The translations under genes and the position numbers were made by a program. Below, one piece after another: positions 33,177 through 38,492 of a stretch of DNA of 38,492 bases (position 1 is the first letter of the stretch; the number at the start of each line of letters is the position of its first letter). This stretch comes from a virus (lineage: Duplodnaviria; Caudoviricetes): positions 1 through 38,492 of IMG/VR virus record IMGVR_UViG_3300025215_000002; one strand, 5' to 3'. The notes under the pieces were generated by a model, which saw only the letters and a program-made list of their open reading frames with translations, did not search any database and was not told the DNA's origin.

Positions 33177-34632
33177 CTCTCACCATAGGCGGCATTTCTT
33201 CTAGTTCGGCCTCGTCACCAAGGCTTGGCCACCCACCTTTTTCTACTGCCTCTTTGAATGCTTGAGGAGACATTGCGCCCATCATTCTAAACTCAATTAA
33301 CTTGGCGATTTCCTCAACCGACAACTTAGGCGTTGCAAAATCTCGCGGCAAATCAATCTCGATAGCGTCAGTATTCATCACAGCATCTACGCTAATACCG
33401 CCTTCAAACATTAAGCAGTAATTCACAAGGCGCTTAAATGCGCCCTCTAGGTTATCAGCTATGCTTGTTAGCTTGGCGTTTTGCTCACTAGCGTTAATGT
33501 CAGCCTCGGTAGCGGTCATGTTTGCCTGCTCTTGCTTGGCAGTGCCGCCCATGCTGATAATCTTCTTGTCGGCGTATTCAAGCGACCACTGGAACGGCTC
33601 AACTGCGCCCTCTACGCTTAATACGTCATACTCAACACCCTCTGGCAGGTTGTTTACCTGATTGCCGCCGGTAGCGATGTATGTGCGCCCTTGGTTAAGT
33701 TCCTTAAACGTTTCTTCATCGCCACGTTGCCAGCCTTTAGTCATTAGCGTAGGAGAAAGCGCCCTTTCAAACTCATCTTTCTGTGCAGATTTGCGATACT
33801 TGGCAAGCGCCACATTACAGATACGCGCAAGGAAGCCTTCACCTTTTGGCATTTCGCCGCTTGGTATTTCGGTGTCAGTGATAATTTCCAGCGGAATGAA
33901 TTTAAGTGGTGAGCCGCCAACAGTGACATAGTTACGATCACCCTCACCCGTAGCCGCACCGCCCTCAACAATCTTTTGCTGATAGTAATCGCCGTTTTCG
34001 TCAAGCGCTAGAATCAAGTAAGACTTAACCTCTTCGGCACAACGAGTCTCAACGTTAAACTCACTACCCTTTTCAAGCAAGCAAATCCAACTCAACTGCA
34101 TCTTTCCATTCTTGCGGGCAAAGTGCCAGTTGATAACATTTTCACGTGTGTAGTGTTTTAGCGTGGCTCTAGCTGCCAATTCCTCAGCGTCTGCGATTGA
34201 TACCGTTTCAAGGTCAACGCCCGACAAGCCTTGAAAATCGGCAATCACGACTTGATACTTAACCTGGATAACGTTAGACGCGGCATATTCGATTGATGCG
34301 GCAAGGCTCATTCCGTCACCGTCAGCATTGGTTTCTAGGTAGTCAACGCGCTCAGGTAGGTTGATAGTCGATTCTTGAATGCGCATCTTGCCCATTAGGG
34401 TCTGCAAGGTGTCTTTTGGTTGGTCGTCAAACTCTGCACCCTCGATATACTCAGCATATCGGCGTTTAGCTTCATCGCTTGTTTGGTCAACCTGTGATGG
34501 ATGCGGCAGGTAGTTATACGTTTTACGCTTAACCTTTGCGCTACCCTCGACACAATCGCGCACCTTTTCAACATCACGTCTGTAATGGTCGTATTCGCAA
34601 TGTGTCGGCATTGTGATAGTGTCGTTTTTCAT
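33148..34632 (-). CDS. Portal protein (DUF4055-like)
   Basis: H..Y......W/V..VRD..EG...VK....YLP...Y..Y...A.F; NADG.G.SL; TATEA.I.A. Confidence 0.85.
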   Translation of the reverse strand: MKNDTITMPTHCEYDHYRRDVEKVRDCVEGSAKVKRKTYNYLPHPSQVDQTSDEAKRRYAEYIEGAEFDDQPKDTLQTLMGKMRIQESTINLPERVDYLETNADGDGMSLAASIEYAASNVIQVKYQVVIADFQGLSGVDLETVSIADAEELAARATLKHYTRENVINWHFARKNGKMQLSWICLLEKGSEFNVETRCAEEVKSYLILALDENGDYYQQKIVEGGAATGEGDRNYVTVGGSPLKFIPLEIITDTEIPSGEMPKGEGFLARICNVALAKYRKSAQKDEFERALSPTLMTKGWQRGDEETFKELNQGRTYIATGGNQVNNLPEGVEYDVLSVEGAVEPFQWSLEYADKKIISMGGTAKQEQANMTATEADINASEQNAKLTSIADNLEGAFKRLVNYCLMFEGGISVDAVMNTDAIEIDLPRDFATPKLSVEEIAKLIEFRMMGAMSPQAFKEAVEKGGWPSLGDEAELEEMPPMVRVNSNNPADS

Positions 34633-34645
34633 CTCTGCACCTTAT

Positions 34646-35791
34646 TTACAAATCAGCTAAATTAAATGCTGATGGGTGTAATTCTCTTAACTCAGCCAAT
34701 GTTAACGGCTTTAAGTTTGCGTCTGTTAGCTTGCTGATGTTTAGTTTACCATCTTTTACAAGCCTTGCCTTAGTTTTGCCCATATTAGACTCTAGCCACC
34801 ATAAAGGCTGCGACTGAAAAAACTCATTCATGGTTATGTCAGCATCAATTTGGCCAGGCTTAAATATGTCGGCGTCTTTCTTTCCTTTATACTTAATCGT
34901 GCCTTTTCGCTTTCTTGCTTGGCGCTCGGCCGCCTCTCTTGCTATCTGCTCGCCTTTTCTGCCGCCAACTGCTGCACGAGTACCAGTTAACACAAATCCT
35001 TTTGGTACAGCTATGCGCCTTGTTCTGCACCCAAAGTGGAGCGGGTTAATCGGAGCTTTAGGGTCTCCAACTTTGAATCGGTTTCCTTCTTGATTATATT
35101 GAGATAAACCCTTGCAAATCAATGACGTGCGGTTATCGAAGGTAATAATATAATAATATTCTTCCAATATATCCTTATTCGCCTGCACCATTGCTTCTGT
35201 GGCTTGTGCTGCGTAATGCACATAACCGGTGCGCGCCAACGCCTCAGCTTCGCGAGTTAATAAGCCCTCGGTGACTTGCTTAATCTGTCTGCGCATTTGC
35301 GGGATAGTTTCACCACGCATAAAACCACGTTGCACAATCCCGTTAATCTGCTTTGAGCGACTATCAATGTTCGACTCAACAAAGTCACCCCACACACCAA
35401 CATCAACACGTTGACCGCTTTCAAGGCTCATCAGTGCGCGATTAATAAAGTTAAGTATTGTGCGCTCGGCTTGTACGGATGCGCTCAACCCTGTTGCCGC
35501 TGCTGCATAATTCGCTTGCCACTCTGCCTCGTATAGAGCCAATGGCGCTAAATCCTCAGTCGTTAACGTAGCCCATCCAGCATTAGAGTTAATAGCCTCG
35601 TCGATAGCCTTAGTAATAGCGTTAAGCTCTGCGCGTGACGTGATACCGTCATATCCGTTAAGAATAGCGGCAACGGCACGATACGTATCATCGAGACTAG
35701 GCAGCACGACGGAGTTAATGCCGCCGCTTGCTAATCTTTCAAGATAAAGTATATGCCTGTTAAGGTCGTCTATGTTGTATTCAGCCGCCAT
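34646..35791 (-). CDS. Head morphogenesis protein (SPP1 gp7 / Mu F-like)
   Basis: AEALART...TFDNRTS.IC...PLHFGCRT. Confidence 0.85.
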   Translation of the reverse strand: MAAEYNIDDLNRHILYLERLASGGINSVVLPSLDDTYRAVAAILNGYDGITSRAELNAITKAIDEAINSNAGWATLTTEDLAPLALYEAEWQANYAAAATGLSASVQAERTILNFINRALMSLESGQRVDVGVWGDFVESNIDSRSKQINGIVQRGFMRGETIPQMRRQIKQVTEGLLTREAEALARTGYVHYAAQATEAMVQANKDILEEYYYIITFDNRTSLICKGLSQYNQEGNRFKVGDPKAPINPLHFGCRTRRIAVPKGFVLTGTRAAVGGRKGEQIAREAAERQARKRKGTIKYKGKKDADIFKPGQIDADITMNEFFQSQPLWWLESNMGKTKARLVKDGKLNISKLTDANLKPLTLAELRELHPSAFNLADL

Positions 35792-35954
35792 CTAAATAAT
35801 CCAATAAAGCCACCGCAAGAACACGGCTCAACTCATTATCGGCTATATGCTCACCGCTTGCAACTTGGCGAACTAGATACATAGGTATAACGTGCGCGTT
35901 ACTGTTATGGTCGCGCACTACTAGGTGTGGTTGGTGGTTGGTTAGGTTATCCAA
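35781..35954 (-). CDS. Small hypothetical protein (~57 aa, start uncertain)
   Basis: Fills the gap between terL and the gp7-like gene. Confidence 0.5.
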   Translation of the reverse strand: MDNLTNHQPHLVVRDHNSNAHVIPMYLVRQVASGEHIADNELSRVLAVALLDYLDGG

Positions 35955-37182
35955 TGCCCAAACCCCTAACCGCTGTACGAATTGGGAATCGTTTGTGTAC
36001 AAAGTATCCTGCCGCGTCATTCCAATCATCTAGCGCGGGGTGCTCGTTGAATTTCTCTGGCTCACCTTTGTCAGTGTAGCCTTGCGACTCCATAGCGTAT
36101 GCGAATTCTTGGCACTTGTTGCAATTAACCATTAATCTACCATGCGCAAGCAATCCATTCATAGCATTAATGCGGTCACGTACTGCGGGGTTTTTAGGTG
36201 GCGCATCTACCGCAAAGCCCTCAGAGCGGATTATCTCTATATCCGTCTGACTTGCGTTAGTGCGATTGGCTCCGCCGCTTGCATCAGGGTAAACGGTAAT
36301 GCGCCGTGTGCTTTTGTATCGCGCCGTGAGGTTATTGCAAAAATCCCTTGTGTCGTGGCTCACGAACTCATCAACCGCAACAGGGTTCTTTCCATCCATA
36401 ACAAATACAACGGCGCAACAGCCGCCAATGTTGAAATCGATACCGACAAATAACCGGTCACTATCCTGTATAACTCTATCCGTGTGGTGCTTATTCCTAT
36501 CGAAAAAGTGATAAATCTTACTTTGCGAAAGGCTTACAAACTCGCCGTTAATGTACAACTCGGCTAGTATTGGGTCGTAGTTGTTGCGTATCTGCTCGAT
36601 GTATTCGGGCTTTAGGTATGGGTTAGACAGTGTACTTGCTTTAATCAGGTCGTAACCTGCTGCCTTTTTCTTTACCCATTTTTCGTACACAAACCCATGT
36701 ATGCCTTGGTCTGGCGTGGTTACACATCCGATGGTATTCTTCCCCTTTCGCCTTTGTCGTGTACGCTCTGCCGCCTTTCGCCATACCAACTCCGCTTTCT
36801 CTTTTGGTAGTGTGTCAATCTCATCTAGCAGGGTGTGTGCAACCTCAAAGGCTACCCATCTTTCTGGTCTGTCATAGCTGCGAAAGTAGATAACGCCAAA
36901 GCCGATTACCTCGATAGTGTACTCAGACTTATTGGTTTTAAATGGAATGCCCACCATTGCAAGCACTTCTTCAAAGCCTGGTATTGCCCTCATCTTTAAC
37001 AGGTCATAGGTTGGCATACCTAATAGGCAATTAGCGCCCTTATCGTTAAGCATCTGCAAGAGAAAGCGTATCGTTGCGGCGTAGGTCTTTCCGGCGCCCA
37101 AACCAGCCACCATTGCGGGATAGGGAGCATGGTTAAATACAAATTCACGCTGCGGCTTAGTGAGCGCTATATCAATCTGCAT
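35947..37182 (-). CDS. terL: Terminase large subunit
   Basis: AGLGAGKT Walker A, LLDE Walker B, TTP coupling motif, GIDFN and D..DA.GY nuclease motifs. Confidence 0.95.
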   Translation of the reverse strand: MQIDIALTKPQREFVFNHAPYPAMVAGLGAGKTYAATIRFLLQMLNDKGANCLLGMPTYDLLKMRAIPGFEEVLAMVGIPFKTNKSEYTIEVIGFGVIYFRSYDRPERWVAFEVAHTLLDEIDTLPKEKAELVWRKAAERTRQRRKGKNTIGCVTTPDQGIHGFVYEKWVKKKAAGYDLIKASTLSNPYLKPEYIEQIRNNYDPILAELYINGEFVSLSQSKIYHFFDRNKHHTDRVIQDSDRLFVGIDFNIGGCCAVVFVMDGKNPVAVDEFVSHDTRDFCNNLTARYKSTRRITVYPDASGGANRTNASQTDIEIIRSEGFAVDAPPKNPAVRDRINAMNGLLAHGRLMVNCNKCQEFAYAMESQGYTDKGEPEKFNEHPALDDWNDAAGYFVHKRFPIRTAVRGLGIG

Positions 37183-37738
37183 CTTTCACCGCGTCGATAA
37201 TATTTATTGTCAGTGCGCTATCTTGTGGTGCATCTTCACCTTTCTCAATATCCGCTTTCTGCTTAACCGCCTGCATTAGCTTCTGCATTGTTTCGAGGGA
37301 TATGTCGTTTTTAAGCGCTGCCTCAATGATACTGCTAGCCGTTTCAATTGGCGTTGCATCTTTCTTGACTGCGATTTGCTCTCTACGGCGTGACAGCCTT
37401 TCAAGCATGGTTGTACACATTGGCGCTGATGATACAGAGCCGTAAGTAATCCACCATGAGATAGCTTGGTCGGTTAGGCTGTCTAGAACTTCGACGTAGC
37501 CCTCATTAGGGTAACGATTGCGGTAATCGAATAGCGATTGTTTAGTTTTAAATCCAAGGTGATTGATTGCGATATGTTCAAGCGTGACAATTTCAACCTC
37601 GACTTCTTCACCCTTGAATAACAGGGTCTTTCTATCGGGGTTTTTGAAATACTCGTCAACTTTCTTTTGCATAGACTCAGGCGTTGGATACTTCCTCGTC
37701 TTGCGCGGTTTTGTCTCTCTATTTCCGACTTTAGGCAC
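37172..37738 (-). CDS. terS: Terminase small subunit
   Basis: RKY.TPE.MQ..VDEYF...LGF..KQSL.DY; directly upstream of terL. Confidence 0.8.
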   Translation of the reverse strand: MPKVGNRETKPRKTRKYPTPESMQKKVDEYFKNPDRKTLLFKGEEVEVEIVTLEHIAINHLGFKTKQSLFDYRNRYPNEGYVEVLDSLTDQAISWWITYGSVSSAPMCTTMLERLSRRREQIAVKKDATPIETASSIIEAALKNDISLETMQKLMQAVKQKADIEKGEDAPQDSALTINIIDAVKDAD

Positions 37739-37767
37739 TGCCTATACTCCTATTAGTCACTGACTAA

Positions 37768-37989
37768 TTAAATGGGAATTACTTTAAGTCTTCCTTTGCG
37801 CTTATACCTCAACGTATGAACGCCAAGCAAGCGCATGTCATTTACGAATTTACGGGCCTGTGATTTTCTGATTTCTGCACATAGCCCGTTTACTGTTGCC
37901 TCGCCACCGTAAAAGGTGACAGTTGTCATTGATTCGTATGTACCGCCTTTCTCACCGAACCGATAGAGACCTACTATCGGTGTGAACAT
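37768..37989 (-). CDS. Hypothetical protein (73 aa)
   Basis: Abuts the upstream stop. Confidence 0.7.
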   Translation of the reverse strand: MFTPIVGLYRFGEKGGTYESMTTVTFYGGEATVNGLCAEIRKSQARKFVNDMRLLGVHTLRYKRKGRLKVIPI

Positions 37990-38259
37990 TTAGCACTCCA
38001 CTATGGTTAATACGCCTGTGTCGCAGTCTGAACGTGTTGCCGTCTGCCAAGACCAATGCACCTCATGCCTGCCAATCGTAACGCCCTCAAAGTAAGCCTG
38101 TAATACGTTATCGCTAGAAGTAGGTAGCGTAACAGTTGCGCCTTCACAAGTGACCGTCAATCCACTTATAGGCTCACCATTAAGCCACCCGCTATCAATG
38201 GTATATGTGTAATTGCCAACCTTTCCGACTGGCAACGGCTTTTCGTAAAGCTGGCTCAT
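37990..38259 (-). CDS. Small beta-rich putative fibre adaptor protein (89 aa)
   Basis: YT...D..WL.GE.IS...VT...G...G......T..R pattern; last gene of the appendage module. Confidence 0.55.
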   Translation of the reverse strand: MSQLYEKPLPVGKVGNYTYTIDSGWLNGEPISGLTVTCEGATVTLPTSSDNVLQAYFEGVTIGRHEVHWSWQTATRSDCDTGVLTIVEC

Positions 38260-38266
38260 ACGTCAC

Positions 38267-38492
38267 CTATGCGAATGTGATAGCTAGCGAGTTAATGGTC
38301 GATGTTTCGCCGCTGATGTAGTTAGTAGTCGATACCACTACGTCTGTGCCGCTTGTGCCTAGTGTAAGGTCGTACTCGGTAGTGACATCGATAAGTTTTG
38401 CGTTATCTGCCGCACCTGTCGCTGCAATAGTGGCGTCTGCAATAGCGTTAGCAGTTACTGTGCCGCCTGATGCTGCGCCGAAGCCTGCCAGC
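38267..38492 (-). CDS. 3' part of the junction-spanning 112-aa protein (...LGTSGTDVVVSTTNYISGETSTINSLAITFA*)
   Basis: In frame with ATG 240 across the overlap. Confidence 0.8.
   Translation of the reverse strand, partial: LAGFGAASGGTVTANAIADATIAATGAADNAKLIDVTTEYDLTLGTSGTDVVVSTTNYISGETSTINSLAITFA

Noticed and set aside
38366-38492. 127-bp terminal repeat as a biological DTR or att site
   Set aside because: The length equals a common assembler k-mer and the repeat falls mid-gene; best read as a circularisation overlap

Overview
The window is an apparently complete, circularly permuted genome (38,365 bp plus a 127-bp terminal overlap) of a long-tailed (sipho-type) dsDNA phage. The host is probably a gammaproteobacterium, an inference from promoter style, FadR-like boxes and gene families. 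Minus strand: terminase, head, tail and lysis modules (38259 down to 17051), a separate virion-appendage module across the contig junction, and a nin-like, replication and early region (11867 down to 2180) with an initiator and DnaB. Plus strand: a recombination and nucleotide-metabolism operon (12000-17045) and two small antisense morons inside the structural region. I found no integrase, CI-type repressor, DNA polymerase, tRNA or CRISPR. The most striking signal is six promoters with one architecture: a 17-bp box (A/C)ACTGGTnnRAnYTGTT sitting 17-18 bp upstream of a TAnnnT -10. The box closely matches the FadR activator site of fabA/fabB, and the phage also encodes a FadR/GntR-like winged-helix protein with no effector domain. 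This suggests phage transcription may be wired to host fatty-acid sensing. Other highlights: a dUTPase gene whose middle appears replaced by HNH + MazG-like genes, DNA linker repeats that define shufflable gene segments, several candidate structured RNAs, and coupled micro-peptides in the lysis cassette. All family calls are from motif recognition; no searches were run.
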